Shown: positions 24,776 through 34,996, counted from the first letter of the stretch. The stretch is 46,366 nt of DNA from Candidatus Micrarchaeota archaeon (GCA_027024255.1 JALVSQ010000011.1:1-46366); one strand, 5' to 3'. Program-made: numbers and translations. Notes: a model not told the origin generated them from the letters alone.

Positions 24776-25206
24776 AACTGCTCAATTGCCCTAATTGCCT
24801 CCTCAATTAAAGTATAAACCTCTTCCATTTGCTTTTTATATGCTGTTAATATTATCTTGCTTAAATCCCTTTCAAATCCATCTCCCATTACATATTTATT
24901 GCTTACTTTTGATACAAGGCCCAGTTTCTTCAACCTGGCAATATGATAATAAACTGTTTTTTCTGCAATTCCCTGTTTTTTACCATACTCTATCAAATCA
25001 TCCATTGTTATGCCTCCTTTAAAATGGGACTCAATAAGCTTATCAAGAAGTTTTATGAAGGAGGTCCTTGTTTCATTCGGAGATATAAGGCCAAGTGTTA
25101 ATGATAGCCATCTCACTAAAGCATCCTTCGACAGCTTTGTAGATGTGTCCAGGGCAAGCAATCTTATAGTTATCTCACTCTTTATCAACTCTTTTTCTGG
25201 TAGCAT
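24763..25206 (-). CDS. winged-helix DNA-binding protein (putative transcriptional regulator)
   Basis: wHTH-like segment ITMDDLIEYGKKQGIAEKTVYYHIARLKKLGLVSK. The family is not resolved. Confidence 0.5.
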   Translation of the reverse strand: MLPEKELIKSEITIRLLALDTSTKLSKDALVRWLSLTLGLISPNETRTSFIKLLDKLIESHFKGGITMDDLIEYGKKQGIAEKTVYYHIARLKKLGLVSKVSNKYVMGDGFERDLSKIILTAYKKQMEEVYTLIEEAIRAIEQFYED

Positions 25207-25260
25207 TCTAATAAAATATTAGACTAAGTATTTTTAAATATTTAGCAAACAAATCTCCTT

Positions 25261-26241
25261 ATGGACTTCAAAAAAGAATTCGGCAAAGAAATTCATGATG
25301 TAAATGAAGTAATAAAGAATCTTATTCCTGATGAACCCAGAGAGGTTTACGGCATGCTCCTTGAATATATAATGAGAGGGGGGAAAAGAATAAGACCTGT
25401 ACTCTTACTTACAACTCTCCAGGCATTTGGAGGGGAGTATGAGAAAGGACTTTTACCCTCTGCTATCATTGAAATCTTCCACAACTTCACATTGATTCAC
25501 GACGATATTGAAGATGATTCCAAGTTCAGGAGGGGCAAACCTACATTGCACGAGATGTACGGTGTGCCAATTGCATTGAATTCAGGAGACGCTCTTTACA
25601 CACTGGTATGGAATACGCTCAATTCACTAAAGATAGATAACAAAGAGGAGCTAATAAAGCTTTATGGTCAGACATTCCAGGAAGTAGTTGAAGGGCAGGG
25701 CTATGATTTATGGTGGGAAAGGAAAGAGGTATTTGATTTGAGTGAGGAGGATTACTTAATGCTTGCCCGGAAAAAAACAGGTGCTTTAATGGGTCTCTCT
25801 GTTGGGATGGGAGTATTTTTATCAGGCAACGAAGGAATGTACCCTCATTTTTATGAGTTTGGCTCTGCCCTCGGCGTTGCCTTCCAGATTCAGGATGATT
25901 TGCTAAACCTGTTTGGTGAATTCGAGAAGTACAAGAAGAAAATAGGGGATGATATAACTGAAGGAAAGAGAACGCTTATGGTTGTTTATGCTTTGAACCA
26001 TTTAAGTAAAGAGAAGGCAGAAAGGTTGAAGCAAATACTGAGGATGCACACAAGCAAAGAACATTTGATTAAGGAAGCAATAGGATTGATAGAGGAATCA
26101 GGAGCAAGGGAATACGCTAAAAAATATGCTAAAAAAATAGTTAAAAAAGAACTGGAGAGAATAAAGCAGTTATTGCCTAACAACAAGTTTAGTAAGAAAT
26201 TGGAGAGAATTGCTAAATTCGTAATCAACAGAGAGGTATGA
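25261..26241 (+). CDS. idsA: polyprenyl (geranylgeranyl) diphosphate synthase
   Basis: First DDxxD motif LIHDDIEDD followed by RRGKPT; second motif FQIQDDLLN. Confidence 0.9.
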   Translation: MDFKKEFGKEIHDVNEVIKNLIPDEPREVYGMLLEYIMRGGKRIRPVLLLTTLQAFGGEYEKGLLPSAIIEIFHNFTLIHDDIEDDSKFRRGKPTLHEMYGVPIALNSGDALYTLVWNTLNSLKIDNKEELIKLYGQTFQEVVEGQGYDLWWERKEVFDLSEEDYLMLARKKTGALMGLSVGMGVFLSGNEGMYPHFYEFGSALGVAFQIQDDLLNLFGEFEKYKKKIGDDITEGKRTLMVVYALNHLSKEKAERLKQILRMHTSKEHLIKEAIGLIEESGAREYAKKYAKKIVKKELERIKQLLPNNKFSKKLERIAKFVINREV

Positions 26242-26271
26242 TTTATAAAGAGTAATGTCAACATTAAGAGC

Positions 26272-27000
26272 ATGAAATCATTTACAAAGGCTTATGAAGT
26301 TGTTGTGAACAACTTTTACAGCTCAACATATGCCTTTTTCCTTTATGTAATGTTCCTTGGCATTACTTTATTTTCCTTAATAGGTATATACATGCTTCTT
26401 GCGGCAGTAATCTCCTTGTTTGGAAACTTTGATTCTACTATTTATTACAGCATAATAGGTTTAACGGCAGTTGTATTTGCATTCCTTGCCTCGGGATTCA
26501 AAGGTGCTTATGTAAGGATGATACATGATGTGCTAAAAAGGGAAAAACCAAGAACAATCAACTTTCTTTACTTTGGTTTAAAGTTTGCCCACAGATTTTT
26601 CTTAATAGGTCTGGTCAAAGTATTAGTACTGGTATTTGCATTTTCACCTCTTGCTGTTACTTACATAATTGATTCCTCTTTGCTAACATCAAACCTATTA
26701 GCTCAAATAATCGGAGGCATCTACGGACTTGGAATTGGACTTATTGTAGTTTATGCTTTCAGTCTTTCCTACATACTCATTGCCCTGTTTGAATTTGATG
26801 TAAAAAAGGCTCTTCTGGGCTCAATAAATCTTGCTTTCAGACATGCTCCTGTTTTCCTTCCTCTTTACATTATATACATCTTTTCAGTCTTACTGGGTTT
26901 TATCCCTATACTTAACTTTTTATCATGGCTTGTGCTCTATCCCACTGCTCTGATGTCCCTTATTATTGAAGCATTGAATCATCAGGTTGAATTGAGGTAA
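26272..27000 (+). CDS. hypothetical integral membrane protein
   Basis: About 6 predicted TM segments. No family recognised. Confidence 0.55.
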   Translation: MKSFTKAYEVVVNNFYSSTYAFFLYVMFLGITLFSLIGIYMLLAAVISLFGNFDSTIYYSIIGLTAVVFAFLASGFKGAYVRMIHDVLKREKPRTINFLYFGLKFAHRFFLIGLVKVLVLVFAFSPLAVTYIIDSSLLTSNLLAQIIGGIYGLGIGLIVVYAFSLSYILIALFEFDVKKALLGSINLAFRHAPVFLPLYIIYIFSVLLGFIPILNFLSWLVLYPTALMSLIIEALNHQVELR

Positions 27001-27971
27001 CTCTGTTTCAGACCTTTAAAAGAGCCTATAAAAATACCTATCTTTGAAATTTCTTTATTTGAGTTAAGTAGTGCCTTTTTAAGCAACTCGTTTACAACGG
27101 CACTGAACCTTTTCTCATCAAGCATTGGCTCATGCTCCTTTGAAGCAAACGAAAAGCTGTTGTCCTCAAAGAATATGTAAATAGATGTCAGTGTAAAGGG
27201 TTTTCTTTCTTTCATTATTTCTTTTATAAGCTTTGTCAATGCATCCTGAATTGTACCTGAATGTCTTGTGGGTCTTTTTAGAGAGATAATCTTTCCCAGT
27301 TCTCCTGGCTCCTCTTTAAGCAAATGCTTTTCACCTATGCCTCTTGATAAATTGTAAAGAGAGGTAGCAAGAGATGGGCCGAAAAGGTATTCAAGCTTTG
27401 AATAACTCATTGATGCTAAATCCCTCAATGTTTTTACGTTTGAATTAAGCAGGACATTTATCATCAAAGGCCTTATTGGCAATCTTGTTACAGGCATATC
27501 CAGAACATCATCAACAGAGTTAATCATCTTTATTGTAGCTGGACTTGTTGCTCTGGCAGCAAGAAGAGCCAGTGTTTTATTATTGCCTAAACCTATCTTC
27601 GCAGTTATCTTAAACTTTCTCCACAGTTCTTCTTTAATTTTATTAGCTATCTCTATATCTCCTTCTAGAAAATAATGACCAAGACCATCAGCTTCAATGC
27701 TCGTTGAATATGTCCTCAATAACTCTTCTATTTTAGCCGATACACTTGAATAATGGGACTTATCTAAAAGGAAAATATGGATACCTTTACCTCTGACTCT
27801 ATCCAGGAACATGCCTGGCCTTATACCTTCCTTCTTTGCTGCTTCATTAACAGATACAATGATACCTCCTCTGCGTCCTGGAGCAACTACAACAACAGGC
27901 TCATTTACAATGTTGTTTCTTAACTCTTCAAGCCTTGCAAAAAATGAATCGATGTCTATGTAAATGAGCAT
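26982..27971 (-). CDS. dinB: Y-family DNA polymerase (Dpo4/DinB-like)
   Basis: N-terminal MLIYIDIDSFFARLEE; palm/fingers order and length (329 aa) are consistent with Dpo4-like enzymes. Confidence 0.8.
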   Translation of the reverse strand: MLIYIDIDSFFARLEELRNNIVNEPVVVVAPGRRGGIIVSVNEAAKKEGIRPGMFLDRVRGKGIHIFLLDKSHYSSVSAKIEELLRTYSTSIEADGLGHYFLEGDIEIANKIKEELWRKFKITAKIGLGNNKTLALLAARATSPATIKMINSVDDVLDMPVTRLPIRPLMINVLLNSNVKTLRDLASMSYSKLEYLFGPSLATSLYNLSRGIGEKHLLKEEPGELGKIISLKRPTRHSGTIQDALTKLIKEIMKERKPFTLTSIYIFFEDNSFSFASKEHEPMLDEKRFSAVVNELLKKALLNSNKEISKIGIFIGSFKGLKQSYLNST

Positions 27972-28037
27972 GAGGGATTAAAAGGAGATTTATTTAAAAA
28001 ATGTTTTGGATAAAATAATGTTAATAGGTGGTTTGAA

Positions 28038-28979
28038 ATGGTTACACATAAGGAGCCTGTTGAAAGAGTAAAGTTCCAAAATGAAATCGAAGAAGTGAGG
28101 AAAGCACTGGGCATTGACGATAAGTATAAGGATGAGTTTTTTAAATGGTTCACAAACAACTACATTACTCCAAAGACAACAAAAGTGGAGATAGTTGGAG
28201 ATGAGCTCTGGATAACAGAAAGAGGAGATAGATATAACTTCATACTGGGTAAGTACGATGAAACCATAACTCAAATTAAATTGGACAATGTAAAGAATGC
28301 ATGGGAAACCATTCATCCTCAAATAGTTAAAAAATCCTCACCTTCTAAAACAAAGTTTGAATGGCCAAGCGCAGTTGAGAATGCTTTAGAAAAGAAAGGG
28401 GTAAGCAAGGATAAAATACAAAAAATCATATCCTTCATCTCAAGAAAATACATCCCACTGTATGGAAAGCCTGTAAACCTGGAATTTGTCTTCTCAGGCC
28501 AACACAGAAACATCAAAAGCGAGCCTTATCTTGTAATGGAAAGAGGTAAAGTTGCACTGACAACAGTAATAGAAGAATTTGAGACCTCTTTAAGACCTAA
28601 AAAAGTTGAAAAAGAGCCTGCTCCTACTCAAAAAATTCCTGTTCAAAAAGAAGAAATTATAAAATCAAGTGAACCAACAGAAGTTGAAAAAGAATATGGT
28701 TATGAAGGATTGAAAATCGTTGAAGAAAAAACTGTTGAAGTGGAATCAGTAACCATAAAGATAAGAGGATTAAGTGTTCAAGAAGGGCTGGCAGAAAGGA
28801 TAAAAGAAGCAATTAAGGATAAACCTGTTGAAGAATGGGGTAGAACAGTCCCAGAGATGGTAAAAGAGGCCGCATACAACGATAAAAGACTGGCTGAAAG
28901 GAATGTTTCAATAGAGATTAGATATAAGGAAGGTGAAAATGAAAAAACCAAAAAAATCAGTGTATACACGGGGATATAA
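28038..28979 (+). CDS. hypothetical protein (two domains joined by a K/E/P-rich linker)
   Basis: 313 aa ORF. No family recognised. Confidence 0.5.
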   Translation: MVTHKEPVERVKFQNEIEEVRKALGIDDKYKDEFFKWFTNNYITPKTTKVEIVGDELWITERGDRYNFILGKYDETITQIKLDNVKNAWETIHPQIVKKSSPSKTKFEWPSAVENALEKKGVSKDKIQKIISFISRKYIPLYGKPVNLEFVFSGQHRNIKSEPYLVMERGKVALTTVIEEFETSLRPKKVEKEPAPTQKIPVQKEEIIKSSEPTEVEKEYGYEGLKIVEEKTVEVESVTIKIRGLSVQEGLAERIKEAIKDKPVEEWGRTVPEMVKEAAYNDKRLAERNVSIEIRYKEGENEKTKKISVYTGI

Positions 28980-28984
28980 TAAAA

Positions 28985-29608
28985 ATGAAAAAATTGTTTA
29001 AAGCAGGATTAATCTTTCTTGCACTTAATATTGCAACAGCCCAAACTCCAAAATTCAAAATAAAATCATTAATGGATTTAGGAAACCACAAGGTTATAGT
29101 AGAAGAAGTAAGGGATAAAAACAACAAACTATTAGATTTAAACAAGTTAAAGATAGATGATAAAGTTTGCTCCCTAATAACATCAATTATCGAAAAGTAT
29201 GATTTTGGAGATGAAAAAATTCCTCTATTCATAGGAATGTTTGAAAAGGAGATGGAAGGGAAAGGGAATTATTTCCTAATCCTTGACCATTCTTTTATAA
29301 CCATAGATGACGACTTGAAGAGCTTTGATACAAGAATTGTTCTGCATGAACTTGCTCATTACTACTTTTATAGAGTGCTCAACGATAAACAAAGAGAGGA
29401 AGTCATGAAGAAGTTGAAAGCAGCATTACCCAGAGGCTTATGGGATGATTTAATGAATCACGAAACAAAAGAAGGAAGAGAATACATGAGAAATGTTAAA
29501 GAGTTCGGAGAGGGTGTTTTTTTGAGGGAAGTATATGCAGAAACATTTGCCAATGGTTTGCATAAAAAGTATGGATTGGAAAATTATTTCCCGAAGAAGA
29601 GGAATTAA
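28985..29608 (+). CDS. putative secreted zinc metallopeptidase (HExxH)
   Basis: Signal-peptide-like N-terminus (MKKLFKAGLIFLALNIATAQ) and an HELAH motif. It lies 5 nt after the preceding ORF. Confidence 0.5.
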   Translation: MKKLFKAGLIFLALNIATAQTPKFKIKSLMDLGNHKVIVEEVRDKNNKLLDLNKLKIDDKVCSLITSIIEKYDFGDEKIPLFIGMFEKEMEGKGNYFLILDHSFITIDDDLKSFDTRIVLHELAHYYFYRVLNDKQREEVMKKLKAALPRGLWDDLMNHETKEGREYMRNVKEFGEGVFLREVYAETFANGLHKKYGLENYFPKKRN

Positions 29609-29639
29609 ATTTTTAAACCAGATTGTTAAAATTTTTAAC

Positions 29640-30035
29640 ATGCTTGATGAAAAGGATATGGAAATATTGAAGGAACTGAGGAAAAACGCAAGAGTAACAA
29701 TGAGTGAATTAGCAAAAAAATTAAGAATAAGTGTGCCTGCTGTAAGAAAAAGAATATTGAGGTTAGAAAGGAATGGTGTTATAATAAGGTACTGCGCAAG
29801 AATAAGGGATGAGTTAATAGGTTCAAGAAGATATCTCCTCATAATTCACTCAAAAAAGAGCAGGGAAAGGGATGTGGAGAGACTGCTTGATGAATGCGAT
29901 TGTTATAAAGCACAGATAGGCAACAGGACAATATTCTACGCAATAGTTAGCAAAGAGCATTTAAAGAGAATAGAACCTCTCCTGAGAAAAGTGTCAATTC
30001 AATGCCCCAAGATACCTGTTGAAGAGGTGGTTTAA
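29640..30035 (+). CDS. Lrp/AsnC-family transcriptional regulator
   Basis: MLDEKDMEILKELRKNARVTMSELAKKLRISVPAVRKRILRLERNGVI is a typical Lrp HTH. The track start at 29535 overlaps the upstream gene; the ATG at 29640 follows AT-rich TATA-like sequence. Confidence 0.8.
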   Translation: MLDEKDMEILKELRKNARVTMSELAKKLRISVPAVRKRILRLERNGVIIRYCARIRDELIGSRRYLLIIHSKKSRERDVERLLDECDCYKAQIGNRTIFYAIVSKEHLKRIEPLLRKVSIQCPKIPVEEVV

Positions 30036-30709
30036 TGTTAAAGATAAAAAATTTGTATGTATATGCCGATAAAGAGATTGTAAAGGGAATAAGCATATCT
30101 ATTAATAAAGCAGAGAGAGTTGTTTTGATGGGGCCCAATGGCTCAGGCAAAAGCACCTTAGCAAATGCCATCATGGGGCATCCTTTATTAAAAGTAAGGG
30201 GCAGGATTCTATTTAAAAATAAGGATATAACAAATCTGCCTCCTGAGGAAAGGGCCAAACTGGGATTAATGCTCCTATTCCAAAAAATACCCTCAATGCG
30301 GTTATCTGTAAAAGATATATTGAGAAAAGCAGTGAAAATGGATATTGAATCTTTTTACAAAAAACTTAACAAGATTGCCGATGAATTAGGTGTAAAGCAT
30401 CTAATAAACAAACCTATGAACAATTTATCGGGAGGAGAATTAAAGAAAATGGAGCTTTTGCAGATGGAGATGTTGAATCCAGAGCTTGTTATATTTGATG
30501 AGATAGATTCAGGACTTGATGTAGATTCTGTAAAAAGGATTGGGAAGTTCATTGAAAAAAGAAGCTCCTTGATTATAACACATCAGCCATCCGCAATAAG
30601 AAGGGCAGGAATAAAGATAAGCAGAGTTTACATAATGAAAAATGGTGAAATAGTAAAAGAAGGTGATGCTTCTCTATTAAAGGAGGTTGATGAGTATGGA
30701 TTTGAATAA
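30035..30709 (+). CDS. sufC: Fe-S cluster assembly ATPase SufC
   Basis: LKIKNL...MGPNGSGKSTLANAIMGHP, LSGGELKK and VIFDEIDSGLDVD. Confidence 0.8.
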   Translation: MLKIKNLYVYADKEIVKGISISINKAERVVLMGPNGSGKSTLANAIMGHPLLKVRGRILFKNKDITNLPPEERAKLGLMLLFQKIPSMRLSVKDILRKAVKMDIESFYKKLNKIADELGVKHLINKPMNNLSGGELKKMELLQMEMLNPELVIFDEIDSGLDVDSVKRIGKFIEKRSSLIITHQPSAIRRAGIKISRVYIMKNGEIVKEGDASLLKEVDEYGFE

Positions 30710-31856
30710 GATAAGGAATGATTTTCCATTTCTGAAAAGAGGAATAATCTACTTTGACAACGCAGCAAGTTCTCAAAAACCAAGGCAGGTAATAGATGCA
30801 ATTAAGGAGTTTTATGAAATGCATTATGCTAATGTTCACAGAGGCATTCATAAATTAAGCGAGGAAGCAACGGATGCATATGAAAAGGCAAGGGAGAATA
30901 TAGCAAGGTTTATCAATGCTCAACCAGATGAGATTGTATTTACAAAAAATTCAACAGAGGCTCTTAATTTGATTGCTTACTCCATATTCAAAACTTTTCC
31001 AGAATCAACAATTGTGAGTACAGTGATGGAACATCATAGCAACTTTGTACCCTGGCAACAGCTCTGTAAAGAGCATGGTTGGCCGTTCGAAGTTCTCAAA
31101 ATAAATAGAGAAGGAAAACTGCTCTTTGAAAATATTGGGGATGTATTTGCTATAACGCATGCAAGCAATGTTTTAGGAACGATAAATGACTTAAAGGCAA
31201 TAAAGGAAATCATAGGTGATAAAATCCTGGTTGGTGATGGGTCCCAGGCAGTTCCTCACTTAAAAGTTGATGTTAAAAAAATGGATATTGATGTATATGC
31301 TTTTACAGGCCACAAGATGCTTGGACCAACAGGCATAGGTGTGCTTTATGTAAAAAGCGATTTGTTGAAGAGATTAAAGCCATTCCTGTACGGAGGGGAT
31401 ATGATTGCAAGGGTTTACATTGATAAAACAATATTTGCAGAACCCCCTGCTAGATTTGAGGCAGGAACACCTATGATTGCTCAAGCCATTGGGTTATCAA
31501 AAGCAGTTGATTATTTAAAAAGCATAGGAATGGATAATGTGAGGAAACATGAAATTGGTTTGCTTAATTACGCAATGAAAAGAATGGAAGAAGTAAAGGA
31601 ATTAGAAATAATCGGGCCAGATGATGTGAATGAAAGAACTGGATTGATTGCATTCAACATAAATGGCTTTCATCCACATGATATCGCCTCATTTCTGGAC
31701 AAACACAATATTGCTGTTAGAAGTGGAATGCACTGCGCTCATCCTCTGCATGATTTCCTGGGATTGAAAGGGTCCGTAAGGGCAAGCTTCTACATTTACA
31801 ACACAAAGGAGGAGATAGATAGGTTTACCGAGGCATTACAAAAACTCGATGTTTAA
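30690..31856 (+). CDS. sufS: cysteine desulfurase (SufS/class V aminotransferase)
   Basis: FDNAASSQKP, the PLP lysine context FTGHKMLGPTGIGVLY, and the C-terminal RSGMHCAHP with the catalytic Cys. AGGAGG precedes the start. Confidence 0.85.
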   Translation: MSMDLNKIRNDFPFLKRGIIYFDNAASSQKPRQVIDAIKEFYEMHYANVHRGIHKLSEEATDAYEKARENIARFINAQPDEIVFTKNSTEALNLIAYSIFKTFPESTIVSTVMEHHSNFVPWQQLCKEHGWPFEVLKINREGKLLFENIGDVFAITHASNVLGTINDLKAIKEIIGDKILVGDGSQAVPHLKVDVKKMDIDVYAFTGHKMLGPTGIGVLYVKSDLLKRLKPFLYGGDMIARVYIDKTIFAEPPARFEAGTPMIAQAIGLSKAVDYLKSIGMDNVRKHEIGLLNYAMKRMEEVKELEIIGPDDVNERTGLIAFNINGFHPHDIASFLDKHNIAVRSGMHCAHPLHDFLGLKGSVRASFYIYNTKEEIDRFTEALQKLDV

Positions 31857-34184
31857 TTCTCCATGCTTAACAATCAACTCCTTTATCTTCCCTGTTCTCT
31901 TAATATCTTCAACAACATCTTTTAAATCTCTATTTGTATAAAGAATTGCCTTCTCTATTTCTGCATTCATCGGCATTCTATTTCTTGCTTTGTATTCTCT
32001 GATTCTCCTCATTATCTCATTTGCCACCTTCAAATCTTCAACAATTGCCTCGTCTTTCTCAAAAGGCTCGGGCCATTTTGTCAAATGGATGGATTTCCCT
32101 TCAGGCGCTCCAAAGATTGAATGATAAATTTCTTCAGTAATATGGGGAGCAATCGGAGCAAAGAGTTTATTCAAAGCATATAACACTTTCTTTAATGTAT
32201 AGATTGCTTTGTCCCTTTCAATTCCTTCTGAATAAACCCTCCACTTAACATACTCTAAATAGTAATCACATAACTCATACCAGAAGAAATGATGGAAAGT
32301 TGTTATGGCCTTTCTGTAATCGTAATTCTCCATTGCATTTGTGATTTCTTCTATTACTTGACTCGTCCTTGTTATAATCCATCTATCAACAGTTCTCAAT
32401 TCATTGAAATTAAATTCATTTGAATTTTCTTTCATGAATTTTTCAACAAACCTGAATGCATTCCAGTACTTGTTTAAGAACTGTTTGGCAAACCTTATAT
32501 CTTCATAACTGAACGGCCTGTCCTTTGCCATGGCTCCACTCATGGCTGCCCATTGCCTTATGGCATCAACAGGGTACTCTTTAATTAACTCCATGGGGTC
32601 GATAACATTTCCTAAACTTTTACTCATCTTTCTTCCATCAGGAGCCAGAACATTTCCATTTAAAAGAATAGTATCCCATGGCTTTTTTCCTGTTAGAGCA
32701 ACTCCGCTCCTGAATATTGTGTAAAAGGCCCATGTTCTTACAATCTCAACCCCCTGTGGCCTCAAAGTGGTTGGATAAGCATGCTTGAACAATTCTTCAT
32801 CTTTTTTCCACCCAGAAACAACAAGAGGTGTTATGCTTGAATCAACCCAGACATCAAACACCTTATTTTCAGGTTTCATTTCTTTTCCACACTTAGGGCA
32901 TTTCCTTGGCTTTGCCTTCTCAGGATAGAAAGGCAATTCCTCCTTTTTAACAGGTTCATAATGCCCACATTCACATACATAAAAAGGAATAGGTGTGCCG
33001 AAAATTCTGTCCCTGCTTATAACCCAATCCCAATCTATATGCTCAAGCCAGTCTATTAAGTAATGAATGCCAAACTCGGGCACCCACTTTATCTCCTTTG
33101 CCATTTCTTTTATTTTATCGGAGTTCTCCCTGACTCTGGCAAACCATTCCATTGATGGCAAAAGCTCAACTTCATGCTTGCATCTATCATGAACTTTTAC
33201 AACATGCTTTATTCTGTCTTTTTTTACAAGTAGTCCTTTTTCTTCTAAAAATTCAACTACTTTTTTCCTTGCCTCTTTATAGTTAAGCCCATCGTAAAAA
33301 GGAGAGTTTATTACTCTCCCTCTCTCGTCTAAAGCCTGAATAACAGGTAAATTGTGCCTTTTTTGCCAGACAACATCCATCTTGTCTCCATAAGTGCACA
33401 GCATAACTGCTCCTGTTCCGAATTCTTTATCAACCTCATTTTCATCAATTATAGGTACTTCTTTACCAAAAGGTGTTTTAGCCTTTTTACCTATTATTTC
33501 ACTATACCTCTCATCTTCTGGATGGACAAGAACAGCAACACATGCATGGAGCAACTCCGGCCTTGTTGAAGCAATTGTTAAAGGCTTATCATCTACAAAG
33601 AAGTTAAAGTAATAAAGCTCTGTCTCTTCTTCTTTTTCTTCAGTTTCTGCTTTTGCTATTGCGGATTTACACCTTGGACACCAGAGGACAGGGTGTTTAT
33701 CTCTGTATATGTATCCCTTTTCATACATCTCTATTATTGATTCCTGAACGAGTTTATGGTACTCTGGTAGCATTGTTATGTACTCAAGACTCCAGTCAGG
33801 TGAAAAGCCCAGCTTTATCATACCTTCTTTCATCCTCTTTATCATCTCCCAGCTCCATTCAACGCATTTCTTCCTGAACTCATCAGGCTTTAACCGCCCA
33901 TACTTCTTTTCTACCTTAACCTCTGTGGGAAAGCCCTGAGCATCCCAACCCTGGGGGTAAAGAACCTCAAATCCTCTCATTCTTTTGTATCTTGCAGCAA
34001 AATCAAAGTAAGAATAGCTCAGCACATGGCCCATATGCAATTTTCCACTCGTAAAAGGAGGGGGGGAATCTATAACATACAGGGGCTTTTTGCCTATATT
34101 ACCTTTATTGAACCTGTAAATATTGCTCTTTAACCAAAAATCCTGCCATTTGCTTTCAATTGAATGTGAGTATCTTTTATCCAT
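31836..34184 (-). CDS. valS: valine--tRNA ligase
   Basis: PPPFTSGKLHMGH (HIGH motif), editing-domain TRPELLHACVAVLVHPEDERY, KMSKS. The ATG at 34184 (MDKRYSHSIESKWQDFW) is the plausible start; the longer track ORF extends into the divergent promoter. Confidence 0.9.
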   Translation of the reverse strand: MDKRYSHSIESKWQDFWLKSNIYRFNKGNIGKKPLYVIDSPPPFTSGKLHMGHVLSYSYFDFAARYKRMRGFEVLYPQGWDAQGFPTEVKVEKKYGRLKPDEFRKKCVEWSWEMIKRMKEGMIKLGFSPDWSLEYITMLPEYHKLVQESIIEMYEKGYIYRDKHPVLWCPRCKSAIAKAETEEKEEETELYYFNFFVDDKPLTIASTRPELLHACVAVLVHPEDERYSEIIGKKAKTPFGKEVPIIDENEVDKEFGTGAVMLCTYGDKMDVVWQKRHNLPVIQALDERGRVINSPFYDGLNYKEARKKVVEFLEEKGLLVKKDRIKHVVKVHDRCKHEVELLPSMEWFARVRENSDKIKEMAKEIKWVPEFGIHYLIDWLEHIDWDWVISRDRIFGTPIPFYVCECGHYEPVKKEELPFYPEKAKPRKCPKCGKEMKPENKVFDVWVDSSITPLVVSGWKKDEELFKHAYPTTLRPQGVEIVRTWAFYTIFRSGVALTGKKPWDTILLNGNVLAPDGRKMSKSLGNVIDPMELIKEYPVDAIRQWAAMSGAMAKDRPFSYEDIRFAKQFLNKYWNAFRFVEKFMKENSNEFNFNELRTVDRWIITRTSQVIEEITNAMENYDYRKAITTFHHFFWYELCDYYLEYVKWRVYSEGIERDKAIYTLKKVLYALNKLFAPIAPHITEEIYHSIFGAPEGKSIHLTKWPEPFEKDEAIVEDLKVANEIMRRIREYKARNRMPMNAEIEKAILYTNRDLKDVVEDIKRTGKIKELIVKHGELNIEFL

Positions 34185-34248
34185 GATGTTAAAATGCAGG
34201 GAATGATTTTTTATAGATTTGGGTAGATGAAGTTCATTTTTAAACCTT

Positions 34249-34593
34249 TTGTATAACATTATTATCGTGAGGCTCAAGCTTAAAAACAAAAAACTGTGGT
34301 TTCCAATCCGATTACCCGAGCCACTCGAAGACAGGCCTGAAAAGAGGGTAAAAAAGAAAGTTGAAGAATTAAAAACAAACATTATAGGCTTAACCCTTTC
34401 ATCATTTGTGGCTGTGATGGGATTGGGGATGTTCAAGTCAAGCGCGGATTTGCTTAACAAAAGCAAGGAGTCCCTTTACAGTGGAATGTTTGGTGGTGGC
34501 TTATTCTTTGCCTCTCTTGGCATTGAGATAGCTGGATTAATAGGCATCATTTCATTCACAAAGGGGCTAATCTCTCTCCTGAAAAAGAAGTGA
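34249..34593 (+). CDS. hypothetical small membrane protein
   Basis: Two predicted TM segments. The start is uncertain (TTG 34249 or GTG 34267). Confidence 0.4.
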   Translation: MYNIIIVRLKLKNKKLWFPIRLPEPLEDRPEKRVKKKVEELKTNIIGLTLSSFVAVMGLGMFKSSADLLNKSKESLYSGMFGGGLFFASLGIEIAGLIGIISFTKGLISLLKKK

Positions 34594-34597
34594 GAGC

Positions 34598-34996
34598 ATG
34601 AAGAAGATAATCCCTCTATCTAATTACAGAAAATTCGGTGCATTGCAAATTAGAGAGGTTAAAGTGGTGGTTAAAAGAAGGGGAAAAGAGTTCGAGAAGG
34701 TTTTTGTTGAGGTAGTTGATCCCACCATTGTAAAAAAATTAAAGGAAGAGCTTGAATACGACTTCAGTATTTTAAGCGCGGGATTAGCAGGATTAGTTCC
34801 TTATAACCTGCTCGACCTGAAGGGCTTTGTGTGGAGAATTATTTACTTCACATCTTATCTCACTCTGCCTTTTTCATTTGCAAAAACAATAATAGACTTA
34901 GCTAAATTAGCAAATGTAAAATTAGGAAAAAAGGACAGGAGACTTATCCTAAAAGAGTTATGGGATGAACACATTCAAGCCTCAACTGAGTATTGA
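34598..34996 (+). CDS. hypothetical membrane protein
   Basis: 132 aa ORF lying 4 nt after the previous ORF, with hydrophobic central segments. Confidence 0.45.
   Translation: MKKIIPLSNYRKFGALQIREVKVVVKRRGKEFEKVFVEVVDPTIVKKLKEELEYDFSILSAGLAGLVPYNLLDLKGFVWRIIYFTSYLTLPFSFAKTIIDLAKLANVKLGKKDRRLILKELWDEHIQASTEY

Noticed and set aside
29535-29639. Upstream extension of the Lrp ORF overlapping the HExxH protein gene
   Set aside because: The conserved Lrp HTH begins at the ATG at 29640, which follows AT-rich promoter-like sequence. The extension has no homology pattern and would overlap the preceding gene by 74 nt.
34185-34466. 94-codon N-terminal extension of the valS ORF (track start 34466)
   Set aside because: The extension is hydrophobic, low-complexity sequence and overlaps the divergent small membrane protein gene. 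The conserved ValRS N-terminus begins at the ATG at 34184.
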